Source: Aquiluna sp. (lineage in GTDB: Bacteria; Actinomycetota; Actinomycetes; Actinomycetales; Microbacteriaceae). Taken from it: a DNA stretch of 35,266 bases. Shown in pieces: positions 8,913-17,894 of this stretch. The stretch is taken from the NCBI GenBank assembly GCA_016780945.1, contig JADHKY010000001.1, forward strand, positions 1-35,266. Reading direction: 5' to 3'. The translations under genes were made by a program, and so were the position numbers. A model generated the notes under the pieces. The model saw only the letters and a program-made list of their open reading frames with translations. It was not told where the DNA came from and did no database searches. The stretch's first letter is position 1; every line of letters begins with the position of its first letter.

Positions 8913-11483
8913 GTGGCGCTTCCACGCGTATACGACATAGCTAAAGAACTTGGTATCGATACCAAGGTCGCTCTCGCGAAGCTTGAAGAGCTCGGTGAGT
9001 ATGTGAAGGGTGGCTCTTCCACCATCGCACCGCCAGTTGCAGCCAAGCTCCGTGCGGCATATCCAAAGAAGGAAAAGCCAGCCGAGAAGTCAAAGGCCGA
9101 AAAGCCAAAGCCAGAGGCTAAGACGACTGAGGCTGAAGCAAAGCCAGCAGAGCAGGTTACGGAAAAGCCCGCCGAGAAGCCGGCAGAGCCAGCCGAGAAG
9201 CCAGCCCCATTGCAAGGCATTCCTCGCCCGGGAAACAACCCGTTTTCTTCAAACCAGGGCATGGGCATTCCTCGCCCGATGGCTAGGCCTGGAAACAACC
9301 CGTTTTCTTCAAACCAGGGCATGGGCCGGCCAAGGCCCCAGGGAGCCCCAGGGCAGGCTCAGCGTCCCGGCGGACCAAGACCACAGCAGGGCGGACCACA
9401 GCGTCCAGGCGGAGCTCCAAGACCTGGTGGCGGCAAGCCAGGAGGCTTTGGTGCAGGTCCGGGAGGACCAGGTGGAGCCCCAGGTGGCGGCAGACCAGGT
9501 GCATTCCCCGGTAGACCAGGACCCGGAGGCCGTGGAGGCCGCGGAGCCGGTACCGCAGGAGCTTTTGGTAAGGGCGGCTCTAAGAGCAAGTCCAGAAAGT
9601 CAAAGCGCACAAAGCGCGAGGAGTTTGAGCAGCGCGAGGCACCGAGCCTTGGCGGTGCGATGGTCCCACGCGGTGATGGCAACACGGTTGTAAGAATTCG
9701 CCGCGGTGCATCCATCCAGGACTTCGCCGACAAGATTGGCGCAAATGCAGGTCAGCTGATCACGGTTCTGTTCCACCTGGGACAGATGGCAACGGCCACC
9801 GCATCTCTAGATGAGGACACCTTCCAAATTCTTGGTGAGGAGCTGGGCTACAAAGTAGAGCTAGTTTCTCCGGAGGACGAGGAGCGCGAGCTTTACGAGG
9901 GCTTCGGTCTAAGCATTTCGACCGACATCGATGAGGAAGATTCAGAGAATCTGAGCCCCAGGCCGCCGGTTGTCACCGTCATGGGTCACGTCGACCACGG
10001 TAAGACGAGGGTGCTGGACTCGATCCGAAACTCTAACGTTGTTGCCGGTGAGGCCGGCGGCATCACCCAGCACATCGGTGCCTACCAGGTTCACACCATC
10101 CACGATGGTGTCAATCGGGCCATAACCTTCATTGACACCCCAGGTCACGAGGCCTTCACGGCTATGCGTGCCAGGGGTACCCAAGTCACCGACATCGCAA
10201 TCTTGGTTGTTGCAGCCGACGATGGCGTGATGCCTCAGACCATCGAGGCGCTAAATCACGCCCAGGCAGCTCAGGTTCCAATCGTGGTAGCAATCAACAA
10301 GGTTGATAAAGAGGGTGCGAACCCGGACAAGATTCGTCAGCAGCTAACCGAGTTTGGACTGGTTGCCGAGGAGTTTGGTGGCGACGTCATGTTCGTAGAG
10401 GTTTCGGCTTTGAAGAACATGGGCATGGACAAGCTAATGGATGCAGTTCTTCTAACTGCAGACGCTGCCTTGGACCTTCGTGCCAACCCTGACCGTTCTG
10501 CTAGGGGAGTTGCCATCGAGGCAAACCTTGATAAGGGTCGCGGTTCGGTTGCAACTGTTTTGATTCAGTCTGGAACTCTCCAGGTTGGAGATGCAATCGT
10601 CGCCGGAAGTGCTCACGGTCGCGTGAGGGCCATGTTTGACGAGAACGGCAATGCAGTTGAGGCTGCCGAGCCTTCTCGCCCGGTCCAGGTGCTCGGACTG
10701 CAGTCCGTCCCTCGTGCGGGAGACACCTTTGTGGTTGCCGATGACGAGCGTCAGGCAAGGCAGATTGCCGAGAAGCGTGAGGCAGCGGACAGAAATGCTC
10801 TGCTCGCGAGGACTCGCAAGAGGCTGTCGCTTGAGGACTTCACCAAGGCCCTCGAGGACGGCAAGGTCGAGTCCCTCAACCTCATCATCAAGGGTGATGT
10901 TTCCGGTGCTGTTGAGGCCCTAGAGGACAGCCTTCTCAAGATTGAGGTAGATGACTCGGTCCAGCTACGTATCATCCACCGCGGTGTTGGTGCAATTACC
11001 GAGTCCGATGTCAACCTGGCAACCGTGGACTCTGCAGTCATTATTGGCTTCAACGTCCGTCCGGACAACAAGGCCAAAGAGCGTGCGGACCGCGAGGGCG
11101 TGGACGTTCGTCACTACACCGTCATCTACAACGCACTCGAGGACATTGAGAACTCCCTTAAGGGCATGCTCAAGCCTGAGTACGAGGAGAAGCAGATGGG
11201 TACGGCAGAGGTTCGTGAGATCTTCAAGTCCTCGAAGTTCGGCACCATCGCAGGTTCCTATGTTCGCTCTGGTCTAATCAAGCGCAACGCTCTCGCAAGG
11301 GTGCTTCGCGATGGCGAGATGATTCAAGAGGGCCTGAAGGTCGACTCCCTGAAGCGATTCAAGGACGACGTGACCGAGGTGAAGACCGACTACGAGTGTG
11401 GTATCGGGCTGGGCGACTTCAACGACGTTCAGATCGATGACGTCATCGAAACCTACGAGATGGTTGAGAAGCCGAGGGTCTAG
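8913..11483 (+). CDS. infB: Translation initiation factor IF-2
   Basis: [26 protein letters not shown] and NKVD motifs. Start at GTG 8913 ([14 protein letters not shown]) with AGGAG 7 nt upstream. Confidence 0.98.
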   Translation: MALPRVYDIAKELGIDTKVALAKLEELGEYVKGGSSTIAPPVAAKLRAAYPKKEKPAEKSKAEKPKPEAKTTEAEAKPAEQVTEKPAEKPAEPAEKPAPLQGIPRPGNNPFSSNQGMGIPRPMARPGNNPFSSNQGMGRPRPQGAPGQAQRPGGPRPQQGGPQRPGGAPRPGGGKPGGFGAGPGGPGGAPGGGRPGAFPGRPGPGGRGGRGAGTAGAFGKGGSKSKSRKSKRTKREEFEQREAPSLGGAMVPRGDGNTVVRIRRGASIQDFADKIGANAGQLITVLFHLGQMATATASLDEDTFQILGEELGYKVELVSPEDEERELYEGFGLSISTDIDEEDSENLSPRPPVVTVMGHVDHGKTRVLDSIRNSNVVAGEAGGITQHIGAYQVHTIHDGVNRAITFIDTPGHEAFTAMRARGTQVTDIAILVVAADDGVMPQTIEALNHAQAAQVPIVVAINKVDKEGANPDKIRQQLTEFGLVAEEFGGDVMFVEVSALKNMGMDKLMDAVLLTADAALDLRANPDRSARGVAIEANLDKGRGSVATVLIQSGTLQVGDAIVAGSAHGRVRAMFDENGNAVEAAEPSRPVQVLGLQSVPRAGDTFVVADDERQARQIAEKREAADRNALLARTRKRLSLEDFTKALEDGKVESLNLIIKGDVSGAVEALEDSLLKIEVDDSVQLRIIHRGVGAITESDVNLATVDSAVIIGFNVRPDNKAKERADREGVDVRHYTVIYNALEDIENSLKGMLKPEYEEKQMGTAEVREIFKSSKFGTIAGSYVRSGLIKRNALARVLRDGEMIQEGLKVDSLKRFKDDVTEVKTDYECGIGLGDFNDVQIDDVIETYEMVEKPRV
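9216..9326 (+). repeat. In-frame direct repeat within the infB N-terminal linker
   Basis: A perfect 36-nt repeat at 9231-9266 and 9291-9326 ([12 protein letters not shown] twice), plus GGCATTCCTCGCCCG at 9216-9230 and 9264-9278. Confidence 0.9.
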
Positions 11484-11908
11484 TGGCAGATGTAGCGAGG
11501 GCGAGAAGGCTCGGTGAGCGCATTAAGGTGCTCGCCGCGCAGGCTCTTGCCAAGGTTGTGAAGGACCCGGACCTCGGGTTTGTCACCTTTACTGACTGCC
11601 GGGTAACACCGGATCTCGCCCATGCCCGCCTCTTCTACACCGTTTACGGGACCGATGAGGAAGTTGAGCGTAGCAGGGAGATTCTTGAAGAGAATCGAGG
11701 TCGACTTCGCGGAGAGATCGGTCGTCAGCTCGGCATTCGCATAACTCCAACTCTCGAGCTTGAAAAAGATGAGATTCCAGAGAATGCCGGCCAGCTCGCA
11801 GAGCTGCTAGCCGAGGCAAAGCGCAGAGACGAAGAGGTTGTTCAGCTCGCCAGCAAGGCTCAGCCTGCCGGAGATCCAGACCCCTATCGCAAGCCCCAGG
11901 AGGACTAG
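11483..11908 (+). CDS. rbfA: Ribosome-binding factor A
   Basis: KDPDLGFVTFTDCRVTPDL and LGIRITPTL motifs; directly follows infB. Confidence 0.95.
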   Translation: MADVARARRLGERIKVLAAQALAKVVKDPDLGFVTFTDCRVTPDLAHARLFYTVYGTDEEVERSREILEENRGRLRGEIGRQLGIRITPTLELEKDEIPENAGQLAELLAEAKRRDEEVVQLASKAQPAGDPDPYRKPQED

Positions 11909-12768
11909 TGGTCTCGGGTATTGCCCTGATCGATAAGCAACAGGGTTTCACCTCACACGATGTAGTAGCCAAGCTCAGGAAACTGCTTGGGACCAAGAAA
12001 ATCGGCCACGCTGGAACCTTGGACCCGATGGCCACAGGCCTCCTTCTGATGGGTGTTGGTGCCGGCACAAAACTGATGCAGTTCCTTTCCGGGCTCGATA
12101 AGACCTACCTAGCAACCATTCGACTCGGAGCCTCCAGCTCCACAGACGATGCGCAGGGGGAGCTGGGAGACATCCACGATGCCTCCCAAGTCTCACGCGG
12201 GCAGCTAGAGGCAGAGATTCTCAAGCTCACCGGCAACATCGAGCAGGTGCCCTCCTCGGTCAGTGCAATCAAGGTGGATGGCAAGAGGGCCTATGACCTT
12301 GTGCGCGCCGGCGAAGAGGTCGTCCTCAAGTCTCGAAAAGTGACTGTTTCGAGGTTCGAGATTGTTGGCGAGCCTCTAGTCGTTGAGAAGTTCCTAGACA
12401 TCAATGTCGAGGTCGACTGCAGCTCTGGAACTTACATCAGGGCACTTGCCAGAGATCTGGGTGAAGCCCTTGGGGTTGGCGGTCACCTGACTGCTCTGAG
12501 AAGGACCAGAATCGGGTCCTTTGAGGTTTCAAATGCCCGCGAGATCACCCAAGAGCCGACTCTTGTTACAAACCTTGAGGTGTTGAAAACCCTCATGCCA
12601 GAGGTTGCAATCTCCCAGCAGCAAGAAATCGACCTACGGCACGGCAAGCGCCTAGCTCTTGAGATCCCCGAGGCGAGCTGTGCAACAGCAAACGGCAGAC
12701 TGGTAGCAGTTATTGAGCCGGTGGGTTCAGAGGCAAAGAGCTCCGTGGTTTTTCCCGAGGAGGCCTAG
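11908..12768 (+). CDS. truB: tRNA pseudouridine(55) synthase
   Basis: GFTSHDVV, GHAGTLDPMATG, SAIKVDGKRAY and SSGTYIRALARD motifs. Confidence 0.97.
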   Translation: MVSGIALIDKQQGFTSHDVVAKLRKLLGTKKIGHAGTLDPMATGLLLMGVGAGTKLMQFLSGLDKTYLATIRLGASSSTDDAQGELGDIHDASQVSRGQLEAEILKLTGNIEQVPSSVSAIKVDGKRAYDLVRAGEEVVLKSRKVTVSRFEIVGEPLVVEKFLDINVEVDCSSGTYIRALARDLGEALGVGGHLTALRRTRIGSFEVSNAREITQEPTLVTNLEVLKTLMPEVAISQQQEIDLRHGKRLALEIPEASCATANGRLVAVIEPVGSEAKSSVVFPEEA

Positions 12769-13143
12769 ATGCTTGAGCCGCTTTATTATTTGCTTCTTTT
12801 CTTGACCCTTGCGGTTGGCGCCGTGCAGCTCTTGCTCGGTTTTTTTGGGAGAAAGCCCGGCCAGGTGGAGATAATGATGTCGCTGGCCGTGATTGCCGGT
12901 CTGGCGGTGCAGCTAATTGTTTCAACAATCCTGGCGATCTCGGGGGAGCGCGCGGTCATAAGCACTCTCGAGTATTTCGGCTACCTACTGGTTGCGATCA
13001 TTGTCCAGGTGGCCGCTGGGTTTTGGGCGCTTGCCGAGAAAACCAAGTGGTCAACTGTGATCCTCGGGGCTGCAGCACTCACAGTTGCGGTGATGCTGGT
13101 GCGGATGCTGCAGATTTGGTCCGGGGTCAGCCCGTTCGCCTAA
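12769..13143 (+). CDS. Hypothetical integral membrane protein (about 4 TM)
   Basis: 124 aa with four hydrophobic segments; abuts the truB stop (TAGATG). Confidence 0.8.
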   Translation: MLEPLYYLLLFLTLAVGAVQLLLGFFGRKPGQVEIMMSLAVIAGLAVQLIVSTILAISGERAVISTLEYFGYLLVAIIVQVAAGFWALAEKTKWSTVILGAAALTVAVMLVRMLQIWSGVSPFA

Positions 13144-13166
13144 GCGGCAAAGAATAGAGTTATCGC

Positions 13167-13550
13167 GTGAATCGTTCCCTTGGAGTCGGAAGACTGCTGA
13201 TTGCTATCTATGGCATCTTTGCCCTTTCGGCCTCCGCTAGGGCCATATTTCAGATTGCCACCAAGTTCGATGAGGCTCCGCTTGCCTACTCACTATCGGC
13301 ACTTAGCGCACTGGTCTATGTTTTTGCCACCTTCGCTCTTGCCAGGCCCGGGGCCGTTTGGAGGCAGCGAGCAATGTTCGCGGTTTGGTTCGAGCTAATT
13401 GGGGTAATTAGCGTGGGGGGACTGAGCATCTTTTTGCCTGAGCTGTTTGGCCACCCCTCGGTATGGTCAGGTTTTGGCGCGGGCTACGCGTTCATTCCGC
13501 TGTTGTTGCCGGTGCTTGGCCTAATCTGGCTGCGGAGGCAAAGTGCTTGA
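13167..13550 (+). CDS. Hypothetical integral membrane protein (about 4 TM)
   Basis: 127 aa and hydrophobic, with EAPLAYSLSA and SVWSGFGAGY segments. TAGAGT (13155-13160) lies 6 nt before the GTG. Confidence 0.8.
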   Translation: MNRSLGVGRLLIAIYGIFALSASARAIFQIATKFDEAPLAYSLSALSALVYVFATFALARPGAVWRQRAMFAVWFELIGVISVGGLSIFLPELFGHPSVWSGFGAGYAFIPLLLPVLGLIWLRRQSA

Positions 13551-14460
13551 GATAACAGAGTTGCCTGAGGGTTTTTCCGATACCGCTCTTGCGATTGGAA
13601 AATTTGACGGTGTTCACTTAGGTCATCAGCAGCTGATACACGAGCTGGTAACCCAGGCCGAGGAGCATGCGTTAGCGCCGGTTGTGGTGACCTTTGATCG
13701 GCACCCAAATCACGTGCTGAACCCAGACAACGTTCCGCTCCCCATCATTGGTCCACGCCAAAAGGCGAGACTAGTTGCCGAGCTTGGTGTGGCGGCGATG
13801 CGGACCTTGATATTCGATGAAGAGTTTGCGCACCTGACTCCAGAGGAGTTTGTGGTGACGCACATCGTGCCTCTTCGAGCAAAGCTGGTGCTGGTTGGGG
13901 AGGGCTTCCGCTTTGGCCACAAAGGCTCAGGCTCGGTTGAGACCCTTAGCGAGCTAGGGGCTCGCTATGGATTCAAGGCCCAGCAGGTTAGCCACGTGAT
14001 GCTCGATGACCAGAAGATCTCCTCGACTAAGACCAGGCAGCTGACAGCCGAGGGCAAAGTTTTTGCGGCAAGTGTGCTGCTGGGCCGCAATCACCAGACT
14101 GAGGGCGTTGTTGAGCATGGCCGAAAGCTTGGCCGCAAGCTTGGCTATCCCACCGCGAACCTATCCCGAGACAGCGAGGGTCTACTGCCGGCCGATGGTG
14201 TTTATGCGGGCTATCTCTACGCCGATGGCGTCCGCTACGAGGCAGCCCACTCGGTCGGCACCAACGACTCGATCGAGGCTGTCCCGAGGCTTCTAGAGTC
14301 CCACGTCATTGGCCGAGACGACCTCGACCTATATGGGAAGACTGTGATTTGCGAGTATGTGGATCAGGTGAGGCCGTGGGCAAAGTTTGAGTCGGTCGAT
14401 GAGCTCACGGACCAGATCGCCAGGGATGTTGCTGGCGCGAAGAAAATTCTTGAGGGTTAG
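13543..14460 (+). CDS. ribF: Bifunctional riboflavin kinase/FAD synthetase
   Basis: GKFDGVHLGHQ, ISST, GRKLGYPTANL and DGVYAG motifs. Confidence 0.95.
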   Translation: MLEITELPEGFSDTALAIGKFDGVHLGHQQLIHELVTQAEEHALAPVVVTFDRHPNHVLNPDNVPLPIIGPRQKARLVAELGVAAMRTLIFDEEFAHLTPEEFVVTHIVPLRAKLVLVGEGFRFGHKGSGSVETLSELGARYGFKAQQVSHVMLDDQKISSTKTRQLTAEGKVFAASVLLGRNHQTEGVVEHGRKLGRKLGYPTANLSRDSEGLLPADGVYAGYLYADGVRYEAAHSVGTNDSIEAVPRLLESHVIGRDDLDLYGKTVICEYVDQVRPWAKFESVDELTDQIARDVAGAKKILEG

Positions 14461-14469
14461 GCTCGGACA

Positions 14470-15039
14470 ATGAGTTTTATCGGAGCCATCCAAAGCGGAT
14501 TTAGAAACTACTTCAATTTCAAGGGCAAGGCATCAAGGCGCGAGTTTTGGTATTGGATTCTCTTCACGGTTCTGCTGGGGCTAGTTATCGGAACCATCGA
14601 ATCAATCATCTGGCCAGCACCTGAGCAAACTGCTGACTGGATGCAGGAGATTCAAAACGTCGCCGCACAGCCAACACCGCTCAGTAACTTCCTCTCCTTT
14701 GCGCTCCTGGTGCCAAATCTTTCGATACTTGCAAGGCGTCTTCACGACGCAGGCTTTTCGGCAAAATGGATCTTTTTGCAGGCTGTGCCAATTGGCTACG
14801 GGGTCTTCGCTGGAATCGGTGCGGTTACGGTCTTGAACAACGCAGTCCCTGGCGCGATGCTCACCTCCGAGGAGCTCATGAGCCTAATCTTTTTGATTTT
14901 GCCCATATTTGCGCTGTTCCTGGCAATCATGGTCGTTTACATCATCATGGCGCTGAGGCCCTCGAAGAGCTTCTATGACGGCAATAAATATGTAGAGCCT
15001 GAGCCCCTTGACTCATCCAGCGAAGGCACTACCGCCTAG
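14470..15039 (+). CDS. DUF805 (YhaH-like) membrane protein
   Basis: YFNFKGKASRREFWYW and RRLHDAG signature motifs. Confidence 0.88.
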   Translation: MSFIGAIQSGFRNYFNFKGKASRREFWYWILFTVLLGLVIGTIESIIWPAPEQTADWMQEIQNVAAQPTPLSNFLSFALLVPNLSILARRLHDAGFSAKWIFLQAVPIGYGVFAGIGAVTVLNNAVPGAMLTSEELMSLIFLILPIFALFLAIMVVYIIMALRPSKSFYDGNKYVEPEPLDSSSEGTTA

Positions 15040-15070
15040 CATTTTCGCGCGTTTATCTCTAAGCTTTTGC

Positions 15071-15150
15071 TTCTGCCGTATATCGGCCGCGGATAAAGAG
15101 AGCTTCAGTCACAAGGACTTTGGCGCCGCGCTGCGGAAAGAAAGAGGACT
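15071..15150 (+). promoter_or_regulatory. Structured rpsO 5' leader, probable S15 autoregulatory element
   Basis: -10 TAAGCT at 15060-15065. Pairings: CCGTA (15076-80)/TGCGG (15132-36), CGCGG (15088-92)/CCGCG (15126-30) and AGTC/GACT (15107-15119). SD AGAGGA follows directly. Confidence 0.6.
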
Positions 15151-15155
15151 AAGCA

Positions 15156-15425
15156 ATGGCTCTAAATCCAAGCATCAAGAAGCAAATCATCGATGAGTAT
15201 GCAACCGGCCCCGGTGACACCGGAAGCCCAGAGGTGCAGATTGCGGTCCTCTCACGCCGCATTCTCGACCTCACCGAGCACCTCAAGGAGCACCACCACG
15301 ACCACCACTCGCGTCGTGGGCTTTTGCTCCTGGTCGGTCAGCGCAGGCGCCTACTTGACTACCTGAAGAAGGTAGACATTGCGCGCTACAGAACCCTGAT
15401 CGAGCGCATCGGACTCCGTCGCTAG
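15156..15425 (+). CDS. rpsO: 30S ribosomal protein S15
   Basis: 89 aa; [10 protein letters not shown] and DHHSRRGLL motifs. Confidence 0.98.
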   Translation: MALNPSIKKQIIDEYATGPGDTGSPEVQIAVLSRRILDLTEHLKEHHHDHHSRRGLLLLVGQRRRLLDYLKKVDIARYRTLIERIGLRR

Positions 15426-15439
15426 ATTTGTGATCAATT

Positions 15440-15466
15440 ACCCCCGGCAAACCGCCGGGGGTTTTT
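15440..15466 (+). terminator. Intrinsic terminator after rpsO
   Basis: Perfect stem ACCCCCGGC-AAACC-GCCGGGGGT followed by a T run. Confidence 0.85.
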
Positions 15467-15508
15467 GCTTCTAGGCATTTTTGACCCTTGTTGTTACGCT
15501 TGTAGCAC

Positions 15509-15590
15509 GGAGGAGCCCGAAGGCGGGTCCTCGGTGGAAGATTTTGGGTCACGGCCCCAGACTTTTTTACTGACGACCAGCACTTCCTCC
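15509..15590 (+). ncRNA. pnp leader structure resembling the Actino-pnp cis-regulatory RNA motif
   Basis: Long stem GGTC.TCGGTGGAAGA...TTTTTTACTGA.GACC (15526-15578), enclosed by GGAGGAG/CTTCCTCC. An extended -10 TGTTACGCT lies at 15492-15500. Confidence 0.65.
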
Positions 15591-15662
15591 CCCTAGCACG
15601 CATGCGAAAAGCCGATTTGGTTTTTTGCGTTTGTTGCGTGCGCGTAAGGATAAGGAGGGGCC

Positions 15663-17891
15663 ATGGAAGGCCCAGAGATTAAATTCGCAGAAGCCGTGAT
15701 TGATAACGGCAAATTCGGAAAGCGCACCATTCGCTTCGAGGCAGGGCGCCTTGCCCAGCAGGCAGCAGGTGCTGCGGCCGTCTACATCGACGAGGAGACA
15801 ATGCTCTTCTCAGCAACCAGCGCTTCTAAGCAGCCAAAGGAGCAGTTCGACTTCTTCCCGCTGACCATCGACGTTGAAGAGCGCATGTATGCAGCAGGAA
15901 AGATTCCGGGAAGCTTCTTCCGTCGCGAGGGACGCCCATCGACCGAGGCCATTCTGGCTGCCAGGTTGATCGACCGTCCACTGCGCCCATCGTTCGTTGA
16001 TGGTCTGCGCAACGAGATTCAGGTTGTCGTGACAGTCATGTCTATTCACCCTGACGAGCTCTACGACGTGGTTGCCATCAACGCAGCCTCGATGTCCACA
16101 CAGCTTGCAGGCCTGCCATTCTCAGGCCCAGTTGCCGGTGTTCGCGTGGCACTGATTGACGGCCAGTGGGTGGCATTCCCCAAGCACTCGCAGCTCGAGA
16201 ACGCCGTGTTTGACATGGTGGTTGCCGGTCGAGTCATCTCGGACGGTGGCAAGGAAGACGTCGCCATCATGATGGTTGAGGCCGAGGCCACAGACAACAG
16301 CTGGGACCTAATTGGTTCCGGTGCCCTCTCACCAACCGAAGAGGTAGTCGCCCAGGGTCTTGAGGCTGCCAAGCCATTTATCAAGGCACTGGTTGAGGCT
16401 CAGAACAAGCTTGCCAAGCAGGCTGCCAAGGAGACCGCAGAGTACCCAGTATTCCTGCCCTACTCCGATGAGGTTTATGACGCAGTTGCCGCTGAGTGTG
16501 GCGACGAGCTTGCCAAGGTCTACCAGATCGCGGACAAGCAGGAGCGTCAGGCAAAGGATGACGAGCTCAAGGCTAAGGTTCGCGAGAGCCTAGAGTCGAA
16601 GCTCTCCGAGGAGCACATGACCCAGTTCTCAGCTGCCTACAAGGCGGTTTCGAAGAAGGTAATGCGCACCAGGGTCCTCAAGGAGGGCATCCGCATTGAT
16701 GGTCGTGGCCTAAGCGACATTCGTGTTATTGATGCCGAGGTTGCAGTAATACCTCGCACCCACGGCTCGGCCATCTTCCAGCGCGGTGAGACCCAGATTC
16801 TTGGTGTTACCACTTTGAACATGCTCAAGATGGAGCAGCAGCTAGACGCGCTGACCCCTGAGACCTCAAAGCGCTACATGCACCACTACAACTTCCCTCC
16901 CTACTCAACCGGCGAGACCGGCAGGGTCGGTTCCCCGAAGCGTCGTGAGATTGGTCACGGAGCCCTTGCAGAGAGGGCGCTGGTTCCAGTGCTTCCTTCG
17001 CGCGATGAGTTCCCATATGCCATCAGGCAGGTTTCCGAGGCACTGAGCTCAAACGGTTCAACCTCGATGGGTAGCGTTTGCGCCTCGACTTTGAGCCTGC
17101 TAAACGCGGGTGTGCCGCTGCGCGCACCTGTTGCAGGAATCGCCATGGGTCTTATCTCTGACACCGTTGACGGAAAGACGCAGTACGCCGCGCTTACCGA
17201 CATCCTCGGTGCCGAGGACGCCCTTGGCGACATGGACTTCAAGGTCGCCGGTACTCGCAACTTTGTAACCGCAATTCAGCTCGACACCAAGCTCGACGGC
17301 ATTCCATCGGCCGAGCTTGCTAAGGCGCTTACCCAGGCCAAGGAGGCAAGGCTCTTCATTCTCGACATCATGAACGAGGCAATTGACGAGCCAGATGAGC
17401 TATCAGTCTTCGCACCAAGAGTCATCGCGGTGAAGATTCCGGTTGACAAGATCGGTGAGGTCATTGGTCCAAAGGGCAAGATGATCAACCAGATCCAGGA
17501 AGACACCGGAGCCGACATCTCGATCGAGGACGACGGCACCGTCTACATCGGAGCAACCGACGGCACCAGCGCAGACGCAGCCAAGGCTGCGATCAATGCA
17601 ATCGCTAACCCACACGTTCCAGAGGTGGGCGAGCGATTCCTGGGAACCGTTGTGAAGCTTGCGACCTTCGGAGCCTTTGTGTCGCTGCTTCCAGGCAAGG
17701 ACGGACTGCTACACGTCTCCGAGCTCAAGAAGCTATCTGGCGGAAAGCGCGTTGAGAACGTCGAGGACGTTTTGGAGGTTGGCCAGAAGATTCTGGTCGA
17801 GCTAACCAAGGTTGACGATCGTGGCAAGCTATCGCTCTCACCAGTTATCGAGGGTGAAGATGCTGCCGAGTCCGAGGAAGATTCCGAGTAA
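15663..17891 (+). CDS. pnp: Polyribonucleotide nucleotidyltransferase (PNPase)
   Basis: [30 protein letters not shown] and GDMDFKVAG motifs plus KH and S1 domains; strong SD AAGGAGG. Confidence 0.98.
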   Translation: MEGPEIKFAEAVIDNGKFGKRTIRFEAGRLAQQAAGAAAVYIDEETMLFSATSASKQPKEQFDFFPLTIDVEERMYAAGKIPGSFFRREGRPSTEAILAARLIDRPLRPSFVDGLRNEIQVVVTVMSIHPDELYDVVAINAASMSTQLAGLPFSGPVAGVRVALIDGQWVAFPKHSQLENAVFDMVVAGRVISDGGKEDVAIMMVEAEATDNSWDLIGSGALSPTEEVVAQGLEAAKPFIKALVEAQNKLAKQAAKETAEYPVFLPYSDEVYDAVAAECGDELAKVYQIADKQERQAKDDELKAKVRESLESKLSEEHMTQFSAAYKAVSKKVMRTRVLKEGIRIDGRGLSDIRVIDAEVAVIPRTHGSAIFQRGETQILGVTTLNMLKMEQQLDALTPETSKRYMHHYNFPPYSTGETGRVGSPKRREIGHGALAERALVPVLPSRDEFPYAIRQVSEALSSNGSTSMGSVCASTLSLLNAGVPLRAPVAGIAMGLISDTVDGKTQYAALTDILGAEDALGDMDFKVAGTRNFVTAIQLDTKLDGIPSAELAKALTQAKEARLFILDIMNEAIDEPDELSVFAPRVIAVKIPVDKIGEVIGPKGKMINQIQEDTGADISIEDDGTVYIGATDGTSADAAKAAINAIANPHVPEVGERFLGTVVKLATFGAFVSLLPGKDGLLHVSELKKLSGGKRVENVEDVLEVGQKILVELTKVDDRGKLSLSPVIEGEDAAESEEDSE

Positions 17892-17894
17892 TTA

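Noticed and set aside
9231-9326. 36-nt repeats with a 24-nt spacer, superficially CRISPR-like
   Set aside because: Only two copies, in frame within infB, and no cas genes in the window.
8861-9733. Long alternative-frame and antisense ORFs over the infB 5' region (153, 227 and 124 aa)
   Set aside because: By-products of the low-complexity Pro/Gly/Lys linker and its repeat.
15481-15486. TTGACC as a -35 element for pnp
   Set aside because: Only 8 nt from the -10 hexamer; an extended -10 explains the promoter better.
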